64,000 bases of DNA from Lytechinus pictus (GCF_037042905.1 NC_087245.1:29390001-29454000), one strand, 5' to 3'; shown: positions 13,683 to 27,707, numbered from the stretch's first letter. Made by a program: numbers and translations. Notes: generated by a model from the letters alone, not told the origin.

Positions 13683-14930
13683 CGGCCTCTCGAGCTCTAG
13701 GAGGAGTCAAATGTGGCTTTGGAAAGTCGTCCTCAATGAGATATATCGCTGTTACCATAGTAGCAACCAAAATTTTGCACACGAAACGCATATTGAATGT
13801 TTCCGTCGCAGATGCGAAACGAAAAAAAAATCTCATGTCACACAATTTGCATTGCAGGACGACCATGATGACGGGCCCAAAAAGTCTCTTCCAAAATCAA
13901 CTAACGTCGTAAATAAGCGTGCGCGTCCTCAAACGAAAGGTCCGGAATGGATAAGACGAACGGAGAACGAAGCGGTTGTAGACTAATCGGCAATTTACCA
14001 GAAAAAAAGAGAGAATCGAGAAACTATGTATTACCCCTCCTATTCAATTGAGGACAAAATTACGTCACCTCTTGGTTGACTTGCCCCCCCCCCACCTCCA
14101 AATTAAAAAAAACCATTGATGTCGCCACTGAACAATCCTGTTCAGGATTTGAAATATCTTCTTTATTCAAAGATGTGATGGAGCAGTATTTTGCAAGGGA
14201 AAAAAATATTCAATTCAGGTTTATTCCCTTTTTCGTCTACTGCAAAAAGTGAATTTCACCCTAAAAATGTGAAATTCCATTCCAGAGTATCAAACTATTG
14301 AACTAAGAATTAGAGCGGGTTATACCGTCTTTCGGGATCTGTCTCTAAATGAAATGTGATAATTAGGAATAAGGGAATTTCCTATTTTGAATGTGGTCAT
14401 GATAAGTGACGTCAAAGAATAGGATTGTTTCCATCACGTGAGACAGAATCGGCGCTTAAAACATCATCCTTTCCTTTTAAAGGGGACTTTCTGTCTCCCG
14501 TTACTACTGGGAGTCAATTTCAGGGATTGGGCCCCTGAGACTGAATAGTCTTGACTGACTGAAAACTCTTACAAGAGTCCAAACTGTGAGATCATTCTCT
14601 ATTTGAAAACCACAAAGCGCAAATCAATCTAAATATCGCAATTTGTTTTAATCAGTGGGAGCAATTATATACCCGCTCTAGGTTTGTCCCCATTTCGATA
14701 TGGGTATTGAGTTATCAAGATTATTTTGCTATATAGGAAAGATGACCAAAGTATACTCCTGTAATGAACTAAGGTTTCCAAAATACGCTAATAAGGAATT
14801 ATGTTGTGTATGGAAAATTAAATAAGGAATGTTTGAAACATGCTTAGGATATTCAAAAAATACCAAGGACATTATCATTTAATACATACATTTATGTAGA
14901 TGATATATTTCTTTACAGCGAACATAGTGT

Positions 14931-15003
14931 ATTGATTGATTGATTTATTTATTAATTGATTGATTGATTTTTTTTTTTGATTGATTGATTGATTGATTGA
15001 TTA

Positions 15004-15058
<55 letters not shown>

Positions 15059-15204
15059 TATTTATTCATTCATTTATTGAATGATCGATTGATTGAATGA
15101 TGAATTGATTGATTGATGTATTGATTGATTGATTGATTGATCGATCGATCGATTGATTGATTGGCTGATTGATTGATTGGTTGGTTGATTGATTCATTCA
15201 TTCA
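14931..15204. repeat. (GATT)n tetranucleotide microsatellite, imperfect
   Basis: Direct reading. Confidence 0.95.
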
Positions 15205-15594
15205 GGAGAGCGGTGTTGGCTCAGTCGGTAACGCGTCTGCCCGTCGAACCAAAGATCGTGGGTTCGAGTCCACCTCGGGCGGATGACTGAAGCCAGTGCG
15301 TTGTGTGTAAACGTCTCTCCCATGTTTCATAGATGCAGGCTATGTTACAATGGAAAACACTCCGTCCCTCGGATAGGACGTTAAATGGAGGCCCCGTGTA
15401 GAGGAGGGTCACCACCTTTGCACGTTAAGAACCCACTGCACTATTCGTATAAGAGTAGGGGGAAACCCCGGTGTAGTGGTCCACCTGCATTCCCCCCAAT
15501 CAGTTATATCGGGAGGAGAGACCTGCGGGTCATAGTGATTTAGTTCGCTTTTCGCCTCCCAGGCACAGGTGACGCCAAAACAAAATGATAATAA
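15205..15594 (+). mobile_element. tRNA-derived SINE with Deu central domain (DeuSINE, SURF1-like)
   Basis: Pol III A box TGGCTCAGTCGG (15217-15228) and B box GGTTCGAGTCC (15261-15271). Central GGATAGGACGTTAAATGGAGGCCCCGTG...CACGTTAAGAACCCACTGCACTATTCG..AAGAGTAGGGG..CCCCGGTGT matches the Deu-domain as I recall it from AmnSINE1/SINE3. A-rich tail; TTCATTCA on both flanks (possible TSD). Confidence 0.85.
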
Positions 15595-15665
15595 TTCATT
15601 CATCACTTTTCATATCATGTTGTGTTTTTTTAATACAACGTAAAGAAAAATATAGATCTTTACAG

Positions 15666-15926
15666 ATTATATTACTGCTCCGCTCATCGGATCATGGCAT
15701 GCCTGCACACAATGAATATACTTTCTCCACTTCCACGAAGAGTTCCAAGACTCTATTGCTAAGCATACTATATCATTTCGCATCCTACCATTGAACACCT
15801 AGGTGGAGAGTGACAAAGTGTGCATTGACGCCTTGCCAAAAGGACGCTGCTAGGTCGAAGTGGGATTCGAACACACGACCCTCTAATTACAAGGCGAGAG
15901 TCAGAACAGCTACACCACGACGCATC
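15666..15926 (-). mobile_element. tRNA-derived SINE, CORE-like, decayed
   Basis: Minus strand has A box TGGTGTAGCTG and B box GTTCGAATCC; plus-strand CACCTAGGTGGAGAGTGACAAAGTG...CCTTGCCAAAAGG resembles the MIR/CORE-type body. Confidence 0.7.
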
Positions 15927-17904
15927 TAAATGGCAATCACCCCTTAAGATCTACCATGATGTATCATGTTTATCTGTATTTAAAACAATTTTCCTCTAAA
16001 TCGCTGACAAATGCATAATCTTGTAATGTCATCAGAGGTCTACACGAAATTGGTCTTGGGCTTACACAATCACTCCATGTCGAACAGGAAGAATATCAAT
16101 CTACTTGGATGTGAGGAAAACAAAATCAAGAGATCAATATTAAAAGAACTCTAAACATTGGTTCGTTCAAGATAGCGTTCTTCTCTTTAAAAAGAAACGA
16201 GAAAGAGATTTCCACTAGCTTAGATTTTAAAGCTCTCATTCAATATTCAAATGTTTCCGGTTTGTTTCAGATTTATTCTGTCTCTGTAGTTTTACTATAA
16301 TACCATTAAGGATTCCCAAACAAATGACATTAACTCCAAGGTTATTAGATTTAATACAGAGAAAGGCGCATGTCTTTGTTCCCCATCTCTATCTCTTGCC
16401 TGAATAAAATCGCATTTCGTGCATCACGTATATAAAAGATTTAAATGGCCAATTGATTCTATTCAACGGTAATACCGGAAGGAAATTGAAATAATTGAAA
16501 ATCTAAAGCAGAACGAAATGATGGAAATTCAAGACTTCGAGGGTGGAATAATCCAGTCAAAACCCACGAGGAACATGAACATATAGGCCTTCATGATTCA
16601 GCATCCTAAGTATACATAATACGAACTGCAGGGCATTGTCGCTTGCTTGCAGAATGCGGAATTCAAAAATAAAGTTCTTGGAGGAAGGAAACTTCTTCAT
16701 CACAATTCTAGGTTACGAACATTAACATACCTGGGGCTTGGGAAAGCAACAAAAGGTGAAGTAAAAAAATAATAAGTTACCTTGTACAAATACACCGCTC
16801 CCGGGTAGATTTAATAACTGAAAATGTCCAGATTCATGAAAACATCAACTTGGATGAGGATAAAGGCTCTTCAAGATTTTGATGATTCACACTTTTTTTT
16901 TAAAAGGAAAAGGAAATTCAAACTTTTATTAGACTCTAGAAAATCTGACAAGTAACTGTACGGACATGGTGGAGAAAAAATACAAAAAATTGCCATTATT
17001 TGAAGAGATTTATCTTTATCAAAGTTTTGTAAAAAAAAAAGAAAAAAGAAGAGAATATTAAAGACCTACAATACATGCCACATAAAAAGAGGGTGAAAAT
17101 GAAGTAATTAAAATGGATATGGTTCAGTTGCGAATCAACCTCCCCAGGCGATTGACCTATTACTGATGCCATTTACCTAATCTTAAATTCCCAAGACTTA
17201 GCCTTTGATAAGACATAAAACTAGACAACTGAAAACCTATTGAATGTGAAATGACACACACATAAACGCACAGACACACATCATCCATACCCACACACAC
17301 CCAGAAAAAAACATGCTGGAAAACCGAAATCAATAACAATGAACCAGAGAAACGTCCATCCTGACCAAAATGTTAATCAGAGTTTCAAGTTCGCGATCGA
17401 ATACTTAATAATATCTTTATAAAGATATATGCATTTTCAGCAGTTGACACATCATGACCATTATCGTTTGCAAGTAATATTTCATAATGTATTTCCTTCA
17501 GGTGAAATTAACCACATTCTCTATCACTGATTCCATTTGTATGTTCTTACATTATTGGGATAAATAAAGCAGATATCAATTAAAAACGGTTTAACAATAC
17601 ACATCTGATGTGAAGATTTCAAACGCACATCGTAGTTGCAATAAGTCTAAGAACTCTAAAAAGAAATATGCCACCAATATTAATCCAACCAATTATTCAG
17701 CCACATTTTAGATAAATATGTTTCTGGGGAAAATTAGATAAAACTTTATCTATCAGGGATCTTTGAATGTCCTTATTGTTTCTCTTTAAGCAATGTTAAG
17801 TTACCAAGGTAACCGTTCAAATTAAAGTCAACAGCAAAGGCAAATGTGCAATACAATCGTTATTTTAGCTTCTTCCTGCATAATGTTGTTTTCAGATGTT
17901 TTAA

Positions 17905-18297
17905 GGCGACCGCACACCTTGCAATTGGTCTGCGACTCAATTTTGGAATAAAACGTAGTAGAATTTGATGCTAATATTGACACTTGGAATATCTTACTGT
18001 GTAATGTTCGAAATCATCGTACAAATCCCTATGTTTAATTCTGTGACTATGCTAACACCCTTCTTAGAATAAAAGCAAATTTTGTATCTAGTCGTAATGA
18101 CGTCATAGCAGTCGTACGAATGGCTACGATTGAAACTGATTTGGCCTTTACCCCAAAATAAATTGTTATATTAGTATTCTTTCAATTAATTTTAACCTCA
18201 AATAAAATGACATGTTCCATTCACATTTTCAGAAAATGAGCAAAATGCGATTTGTTCCAAAATCGGATCGCAAACAGTCGTAAGGTGTGCGGCGGCC
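17905..18297. mobile_element. MITE with ~50-bp TIRs flanked by TTAA
   Basis: TTAA|GGCGACCGCACACCTTGCAATTGGTCTGCGACTCAATTTTGGAA vs reverse complement of right end TTAA|GGCCGCCGCACACCTTACGACTGTTTGCGATCCGATTTTGGAA. Confidence 0.85.
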
Positions 18298-21200
18298 TTA
18301 AGGGATCATCGAGTGCTTCTTCAAGACTAAAGGGTTATTTCTAAATGAACATCAACCTTGCTGACATTTCCTCTCTCGCCATCATAATCATACAACATAA
18401 ATATAACATGAGGCAACATTAAGTTCAATTACCATGGTTACGGTCCACAATAAATTCATTCTTGATTTGTATCTGCATGTCACGCATGCACTTTAGGAAG
18501 ATAATAAATACTTTTCAATACCCGAGGCTTTAGCATGATTCTGTAACAAAGATGCAACTCCTATTATATCGATATACGTCAATGGATCAAATAAGGCTTA
18601 TTGGGCTTCCTGGATAAGACATTAATCTTGATATCATTACTTTACCTTTTAAATACAATGGTACGGAGTTTCCCCCAAAGCAGTTACGAAGAACCGGCAA
18701 TATCTCCTTTTTAAATTTATTTTATATTTGTATTGACATTCTTCGAATATACAATTTTTGTAATATCCCCTTTAGATAAAGAAATATTAAAGGGTTTATT
18801 ATTGATATTACAAATGACACAATTTAGGTGGTTCAAGATAATTAAACCAGCGATATCACCCTTTAAAATAAATAGATGAATATGAATTTAAAAATATGTA
18901 TCATTTTAAATTACGTATGTAATATACACATTCGTAAGAAACAAGTTAAACCACGAAATGTGGTTAATATCAGTGATACAATGTCTTTTATCTTCTCCTA
19001 TATTAAATGTTTGCTTAAGAGGTTATGAGAGCGAAAACTATTATAATTATAATAATGATTGGAGGGCCCACAATCTACAGACAATACTTGATTCTGGGTC
19101 GCTCTGACAGTATTGGAGCTCATGCAATATACATTGTGTTGTAGATTGGCTTTATTTCAAAATGTCAATTTGTATGAAAGGCATTGGTTAATATTACAAA
19201 GGTCCAACTCCCCAAAAAATCCTGAACATTTACAATAATTGATGTGTTTAATCAAACATTGTTCATATCGATAAAAAACACTCAGCAAGATAAAAACAAT
19301 TCTTGCAGATATTTTCAAAATAGATATGACTGAGAAATCATCGTTAAATTTATCTGCCGAAGAGTCTACATGTAATTGTAACAAATGTAGTTTAGGAAAT
19401 ATATGGGGATGGTACTTTATGTCATTTCATCTTCCACTTTTTTTAATCACTAAACGATGATTTTCAGGTTCATTTTTTTCTGAGCTTTTATTTTTTACAA
19501 TACATCACAGACACAGGTGAAAAATGAGACCTTGCAGCTAAGAAGTATTAAGTCAAATCAAATAACCAATGCCTTCAACGTATCCTTTCGTTTTAAGGAT
19601 TTTAAGGAGCAGTATGTATATCTACAGATTTTTACTATTCCACAAATGATTTTCTTATATTCTTTATTATTGAAAAAGCTCCTTAAATCCTCAACCCCTG
19701 AACAAGCAATGATGGTATGGTTTATGACATAACATTTCATAAAAATGATTGGTCTTTTAAAGTTAAGCTTTCAGTGTACTGTATTTATCTTTCTGATAAT
19801 ATTGACTAACATAACCATGTACGCTAAAATATAGATATTATTGAAACAATTAATAAACTTGAGCTGAAAACACTATGTGAACTTTTATAACGACACTCTG
19901 TCACCGGTGGAGACAAAAATCCACTTACCCGACATTTATCAAAAAAAGATAAAATTCGTTGATAACCCCTTTGCGCTGGGAAAATGTTACTTTAGATCAC
20001 GAATCGTTGATAGAATTTCAAACGTATCGACGCACTTCATCAGGTAATAGGTTTTCTGCAACGAACAAAAAGACATCAAACTATCATATTGCAAAATTTC
20101 TTCACTTCTCCAAGAGGGTCGGGTTTCCGTCGTCAAAATGTTGTTGTATACCGGATAATTATAAGACCAAGGCCCGTGGTAGCCAGAAGAGAGTGGTGCT
20201 ACCCGTCGAAAGTCGGCCTAAGAAGTATGAAGATGTGTTAATTTATGTGATTAGAATAACCCTTCATCACACGAAGGACGAGGAGCAGTTTCCCAAAAAA
20301 GCTCTGGTGTCCAGTAGTTCGTTAACTCCTAATGTGAGCGAGTTGTGAAACACGTAGCGAATCTGAAGCATTGAACGTTTCAGCGACTGTGAAGTTGATG
20401 GATGGCGGCACTTCCACGGAGGGACATGAGCTCACGGTATCCCAGAAGTTAATGATATCACGAAGGGGATATTGCCGCGCGACGACCAAACTTTCCATCG
20501 AGGATGAAAAACACACATTCACGCACGCACGCACTTTTTTCCCTAACACTCGCAAACCACGCACACCCACCCACTTCACGCGCTTTTGTCTTCACGCACA
20601 CACACTCACACTGCTAAGTTTCTTCATTCTGTCGCTTACGTATTTACCATCCAACTTTTTCAATTTTAAAAGTGTATAATTTCTCACCTGATTATCATAA
20701 ATATTAGGTTAAAACCCTCGATCGAATCCATCGTTTCTAAACGATGCTATACAATTTATCAGAACAAGAAGCACATATGATATGTCGTCGATTCTCTTTC
20801 ATTTATTATTAGATTTAAACCACACAAACATTGAATGCTAACTATGAGAACAACTCTGCAATTCAAAGTTCTTCTCAAGTCGGTGCATTGTCAACTCTAT
20901 AACCGTTTTCTTTATCTACTTTGTGATCTACGTATATTTTGTCTACGCACATGACAAATACAATTATGTTTATTTGCATTTTCCCAATTTTTGTACGTGT
21001 AATATCCCCCCCCCTCCTTTCAAAGAACAATGAAGAAGCGAGCTTGGCTAGCAGAGTGTTTCGGTAGAATTATCTAGAATACCAGATTTCAATTAAATTG
21101 TCGGAAGGGTCAGAAATCTATGTTCTGGATCACTAATGACCATAAATAAAAATTACTGACCTATCAACTGGGTCGAATTAAATGAGGCGAGATTGAATAG

Positions 21201-21361
21201 GCCTACTGTCTCGACAGATTGCCAAAGTTGAAAAATAATCAGCCATAGTCCAAGATACTACAAACAAAATGATAGCACTAACAGATTGTTTTCTTATTCA
21301 TTCGTGTACTTATGTTTCGTTGTTTGTACAAATCGAGTAGTTATCACACCTTATAAAGTGA

Positions 21362-21469
21362 TAACTCCTTGACCAATGCCTCACATAATGCAACAGTCAG
21401 ACCAAGGTTGTAACTCCTTGACCAATGCCTCACATAATGCAACAGTCAGACCAAGGTGTTAACTCCTTG
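21362..21469. repeat. 49-bp tandem duplication (2.2 copies)
   Basis: TAACTCCTTGACCAATGCCTCACATAATGCAACAGTCAGACCAAGGT.. starts at 21362 and 21411; partial third copy at 21460. Confidence 0.95.
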
Positions 21470-24400
21470 GTCACACCAGCAAAACCGTCTCCGGAATGGG
21501 TTGCAGAAAGAGTTGCGATTAAACACAAACTAGAAAAATCATTTTTGATTGGTTTGAAATTAAGTTGCGTATGATATTTCGAGTTGATTGCAAGGGTCCT
21601 TAGCTGCAAGGGCCCCTGGGGCTAGTTGGTGAACTATTTCGTCATTATCAATGGCATACCATGGGTCGTTTTGAATTCGGATTAGTTGAGATGACTGCAG
21701 ACTATAAAAAACTGGGACAAGTGTAAACTAAAAGGGCCTTTTCTAGAAAGTAATGAATTGTAAGACAGGAGAAAACAGGCACAAGATGAATTGTGGTGTT
21801 AGGTTTATCTATGCACATGTAAACAAAGCAATCTTAGATTTCTATTTTTGTGACCGGTAAGAAGTGAAGTGCTTTTGGACAAAAATTGAGACGTGATCAT
21901 ACTTTCTGACCATTGGAAATGATACGAGTTGTGTGATTCTGAATTTGGCGTTGAAATCTGTCTATGTCCGAAATACTAATATTAATTATTAGATAATTGG
22001 GAGAGGGTATAACACCAGTGAGAAGGTAGCGTGATGGCAAGCCTCATCCGTCAACATCTTCCTGACCAAGGCATATTGTATAAATAAAAGTTGAGGGAAT
22101 GTACTTGTTGAGACATCGTTACTCACGAATGCGCTTCAACACCTAGAGCAGTGATTACCAATTAACATATGAACATGGTCAGGCGCATTGTGCCTAAGCC
22201 TAGGAGTAAGGATCGAAAGAGATTATGTTTTTTTGTTCACTCAAAAGTAACTTATTTCCATCATCTAAAATCGTAATTACGATCATGATCTGGATCGTAA
22301 AAGAAATTTTGAAAAGAGAGAGAAGAAAGAAGATGGGGAAATGCTGAATCGTAGGTAGCAATTAAAATTTCTTTATAGTGTGTTCACACCAAAGCACAGC
22401 AAATAATTCAAAAATCTTCTTAGGGTTAGGTTACCAACATGACAGTAGGAAAGCAAAGCAATGTGTTTTTTGTGATAATATGTCAAATATTCGTGTTGTA
22501 ACCAAGGAAACAAGTGGAACTTTGGTGAAGTTTGTACTAATTTCATCTCAGTCTGTGGAGTTCGGGATATATTTTCAAGACGCAATCAAAAGTAAGGACA
22601 CTTTTCAAGTCTTCGGTCTCCATACTGAAGGGATTAAAACCCAGGCACTTTTTTTAGAGAATCTCCTCGAGACGAAGAAGAAGTACGAACCCCCGCAAAG
22701 GAAATTTTCGGAGGCCATTGAAAAACTAAGTGCTTGTAAGTCTTTGTCTAGACCCCTACTCAGCCAACAACTACCTCAACCTTACCAGCATCCCCCCCCC
22801 TCACACACACACACATACATATACTTTTTCAAAAATGGTAGCAAAGCGAGGTTGCACCCGCACACACCCTCACACACACTATTTTATATGCATAGTATCA
22901 TAAACCTCCATGAGATTGAGTACTTTACAATAGAAGGGAGTACAGACATTGGTTTTACATTTTCACAAATGTAATACGTGTGACAATTATACATTAAAAA
23001 AATGATAAAATGATATGCAGCTTTTGAAGGTAAAGTACTCAACTTAAACAGTTTTTCCCCGACATTTTTTGTTTTGTGTTAATCAATGCTTATCAATGTA
23101 TCAACCACATATAATGGAAACAGACATTTTTGATGTAGAATCTTGATTGTTAAAGATTTTCGTTGTGCTTCATGTGACAAGACATTATTGAAGATGTGCG
23201 ACCATGATTGTACTTGACTGAATTATGACAGGAGATTAGAGGTTCATTAGGAAAATTCAATTCATTTTTTAGAAAATAAATATTTTATTGTGATTCTTAT
23301 GGCATTTTTAGTGCAATTTTCGTAAAAGGTGTATTATTTTTCTTTCTTTATAAATTTTGAACCAAGTCCTTGAAATGGTGTATGGGGTACATCAAAATCA
23401 AAATCCAACATATGAAATTCCAGAGGTTATTATGATCTCCATTTGTACTTATGAAATCGACACTGAGGTATGGCAATGAGAGCTTTACAGCTGTGTAAAA
23501 CGTGCCTGCCCCAAGGGGGTGAGCGAAAAGTAGTGAGAATTATATACCATTATGATAGGTCTTAGCATCCCCCATCAAAAATGAGATAGACTCGTTAAGA
23601 CATTTTGGCATGCAAGTGTGACTGTTTGGCATAGCAGGCATGACAAGGGGGGGGAGTTCAAAAGTGAATTGATATTTGGAGGGAAAGCGAAATGGTAGAT
23701 GGAAGGAAAGTGACGGCTTCAAACGTTATTTCAAATGACATAAATGAGAAACACTCAGCAAATGTAGCACTACCACCAATTATTGATTCAAGTTTTTATC
23801 TTGAAATGAAGTGCCATTGGTATCATGTTGATCGATAACATGTAATACATTTCGAGGTTGATGAACCTATTCTCTGAGTTGATTATTTGGGAACTATTAC
23901 ACAACCATTGTTATTCCATTAAGAAACAGAAAAAGGTGTCGTTCAGTTTATTTCGTTGTCGTTCAATCCATGCCATAAAACCTACTATGGATGACGAGTT
24001 ACAAAAAAATGCAATACGATTCGTGCGTTCTGATTGGTTAAAAGCTGTTTGTGAATTGAAATTTGGAAAGCAATTGTTTTTTTAATGATCCGGATCCGGA
24101 TTTTCGCGCTGGTGAAATTGATTTTTTTTTTCTAATTCATCATCCTTCAAACAACATTCAAGACATCGTTCAAGGCACCGTAAAAGCAAAGTTTACCAAT
24201 GAAAACCAACACATACATGCAATCCGTTCCAAGTCTCCCATTTCACAATTTGATGAGAGAATTTAATAATTTCTGCCTGGAAATGTAAGGGTCCACTTCT
24301 GCCTATGAATCTTGTGGGAAGTAAAACGATATACGATGTGGTTGAATATAATATCGTTTGTGTGTGTGTGGAGATATAGATTGGCTAGGAAGTATTCACT

Positions 24401-27400
24401 TACATGACTTACTACGTAACCCCCATCTTCTGTCGTTTCTTTTTCACTCTCCCCCCCCCTTCTCTCTTTCTCTCTCTCTCTCTATCTATCTCTCTATATG
24501 TACCCATATATCTATGTCAATCTATCTGTCTGTCTATCTATCTATATATCTATTTATCTTTAGGAGCCTAAATTCCCCCACTATATTTTTTTTATAGTTT
24601 GTTTTATATCGCAGAAATGGACTATATGCCACAAACGGTGGCCTGGTGATCATAGGCAAAATACATTGGAAAAGCGATATTCTTAGATTCATGCTTGCTT
24701 TACTATTCAACTACACCATACGATATGGGGGGCTTGAGGCGCTTGCCCCCCCCCCCCCCAAAAAAAAAAAATAATAAAAAAAACACGACCAAGAAAAAAG
24801 GAAAGAGAGAGTGGTGAAATACAATATCTTTTGTGAATTTTACGTCAAAATCTATCACAAAATTTTTGTAATAAACATGTCGAAATCTGTGCTCGCTCGG
24901 TTCGCTCACTTGCAAGTAAATATTGCCCGACACTTCAAATGTGTTTCCTTCAAAATTGTTGGTTTATTACTTACCTGATTATATTTATATCATCTTCACA
25001 ATACTTGTAATATCCAGTTAATCTTAGAAATTAAACGGAATTCAAAGCAAAATAGAAAAAAAACCAAGCAGATAAGTAGGAAATATTGATCCGGCACAGC
25101 TCTATTTTATCAAATAGACGCGATACTTTGGTCCCAATTGACTCTTGGCAAAACTTTGCCAAATATGATACTTTGTATTTGATTTTTTTCTTTTAAATTG
25201 TGTGTTGTTGCTATATTACCCTGGCCTGTCAATGCTAGAAACTAAAGAACGTGTTTCTATTCTGATTTCTTCGTTGTTGACTGGTCTATAATCATGATAA
25301 TCAACATCAACTTTCGTTATTTATACATTCATGACAACGAATCGGCTTGGTATGTTTAACCTTTATCGGGTTTTATTGTGGCTTCTTCGTCAGAATGAGT
25401 GTTTTCATCAAATTATTTTACATTTGCATCTTTATCAAACATTTTGAAGCAAATAAGAGGTTAACGCGCGCAAAAAAAAAATTACGTAGCTATTCACTAA
25501 AAACGCCACAATCTCTTTATTCTGGACGGGTAATATTTTATCTCTGTTACATCTGGATACTCCGAGAGGGCGTCATCTTCAATGAAATTTAGTTCAATGC
25601 ATACTTGACCTCCTGGTTCCTGGAGATGTAAGAATTGTGTATGGTTTATAGTTTAATGACATCATTTGATGAGGTCATTTTGCTAATTAGGACAGGTTGA
25701 TAAGTAAAACACACATGTTAGTTCGAAAACAGGTCATCCCATCAAAGCATCAATGGCGGGCTTTCAAAGAAGTCGCATTTCTCACTGCTCTAGATATCTT
25801 CAAAATTATTTAATCCCACCTAATACGTAGTTTCTAGGTAAGAAGTGTGAAGAGTTTTTAAACGGTACGAGATGATGCATTGAGGTTAATAACAATACCT
25901 GTTCCGTGCCTGCTTTGAGTATTCCCAGGTGGTACCTCATTTAGAAAGGGTGATGTTTCGACGTAGATAAGCTGCAAATAGAACACATCGGAACTTCAGC
26001 ACGTTTGGAAAAAAGGCGAATGCCCCATCTCCATTCACTTTCCCTTTCTTTGAAATTACATCTTCGCATAGATGTATTTATCTTTCTAAGAGCCGAGGGA
26101 AAAACAATTAACAAAGTAATCTACTTCATCCTTGTCTGAAATCCTTTTTATTGACACCATCAATTGTTTTATGTGTTCTGCTTTGGAATAGGTGTATAAT
26201 TTGTTCCTAAGAACCTTAGAATTTTACTGGTTACACAAAAGTTTCGTATATTTTCTAATGTTTCTCAACGCTTAAATTTTTAAGAGTTTTTTGTTATCAT
26301 ATTTGTATAATTTTTTAAAAAACTAAGTTCGGTAATAATCCAACTGTGAGAGGGGTCAGCTTTTAGGAAGACTTTGCTTCTTTTCTGGTCTCTGATGTCT
26401 CTTCCTGTTTCTATTGAAACCATACTTCAGATTGATTTCACATTCCAAAGGAGTCTTCTTTGATTTAATTTCCTAAAATGAAATTTGTTCAAGCTGTTTT
26501 AGCAATGTCTGCCAATCTGCAATATTCTATGTAACTAGGAAATATTGCACTCATTTGATTTTCTCATATATCTGTAATTATATTGTTTCACTATGCATCA
26601 ATATGATTAAAGTTCCCTATTGCAACAGAATATTGTTCAAATTAAAAACTAAATCATAATTATATCACGTTGAGTAATTATTCTGTATATCGATACTGAT
26701 GATACTGATAATGATTTCGATTTATAAGTTAAAAATCCAGAAAAAAATAGCATAGTTCCATCTAAATCTTTAAAAATATCAAAGAGTTAGGCCTAAAAAA
26801 TAGGTTACAAAATTGGGCCAACGAGTGTTGCAAACCTGCACCTTGCGTCTCCTACATACGGTAACGTCAAAGAAACCGACAACAAATAGAAATAAATTCT
26901 CCAGACGGGCGTACACAGTGAAGTCAATAGAGAAGAAAAGCAGCTGTGTTTGTATCTGATTGATGGCAGGGGAAAAAGGCATAACTAAAGATGAAAAGTC
27001 AAGACAGCATAATAAGAAAGTGCAACGGATTTGACAGACATGAAATTGGGTCGTCACATCATAAAGCGTAAGGGAAGAAAGTCTTATTCTGAAAAAAAAT
27101 ATCTTAAAGAGCTGCTTCATTGAGTTCAAGATAGAAATGTGAAGATAATAATGATGTATAGAGTATTTTGTCAGTTTCTACATCCTCATTGTGCATAATG
27201 TCCACCTGACACACAAATTGCTTTTGTTTGGCGGAATGAACACCATTGCCGTTATCTAATGACCACCTAATGTATAGTCATATTCGCTAAACATATAAAT
27301 ATTGTGTGTGCGTGTAGGGGTGTATGTGTGTAATTCAGACAAAAGAAAAATCCACAATTTTCCTGTCTGAATCCCCTTATACATGTTATAGCTATTATCA

Positions 27401-27484
27401 ATACCAATAAAATGTTCTCATACGAGAACTTGTGTCCTCTTATATTAGTGCACGTTCGATAGCTATAATTACCGGTCTTACACA

Positions 27485-27707
27485 CACTCTAAAAACAGAG
27501 TAAAAATTTACCCAATATTGGGTAGAAAGGGAGCATGCATGTTTGCTGCGTAATATTTCCCCCTCAATATTGGGCAAAATGCATGTTTGGAGGGTAAATT
27601 TCAACGCAACATTGCGTAAAATTTACAAATTATTTTGCATCTTTTTACCCAAAAAACATGCATGTTCCCATTTTACCCAATATTTGGTAACACCTTTTTT
27701 TAGAGTG
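27485..27707 (+). mobile_element. CACT-ended MITE (EnSpm/CACTA-like, 2-bp TSD)
   Basis: CA|CACTCTAAAAA ... TTTTTAGAGTG|CA; internal TTACCCAATATT repeats; relatives at 12240-12440 and 7618-7688. Confidence 0.85.

Noticed and set aside
13669..13986. 105-aa ORF
   Set aside because: Starts inside a MITE terminal repeat at a GTG; no recognisable product.
14513..14543. miR-125-like seed CCCTGAGAC in a small hairpin
   Set aside because: Stem is only ~12 bp and the rest does not match miR-125.
15205..15280. tRNA gene
   Set aside because: A and B boxes are present but there is no proper acceptor stem or oligo-T terminator; it continues into a SINE body.
22378..22974. Longest ORF (198 aa)
   Set aside because: No recognisable domain; runs through poly-C and (CA)n low-complexity sequence; GTG start.
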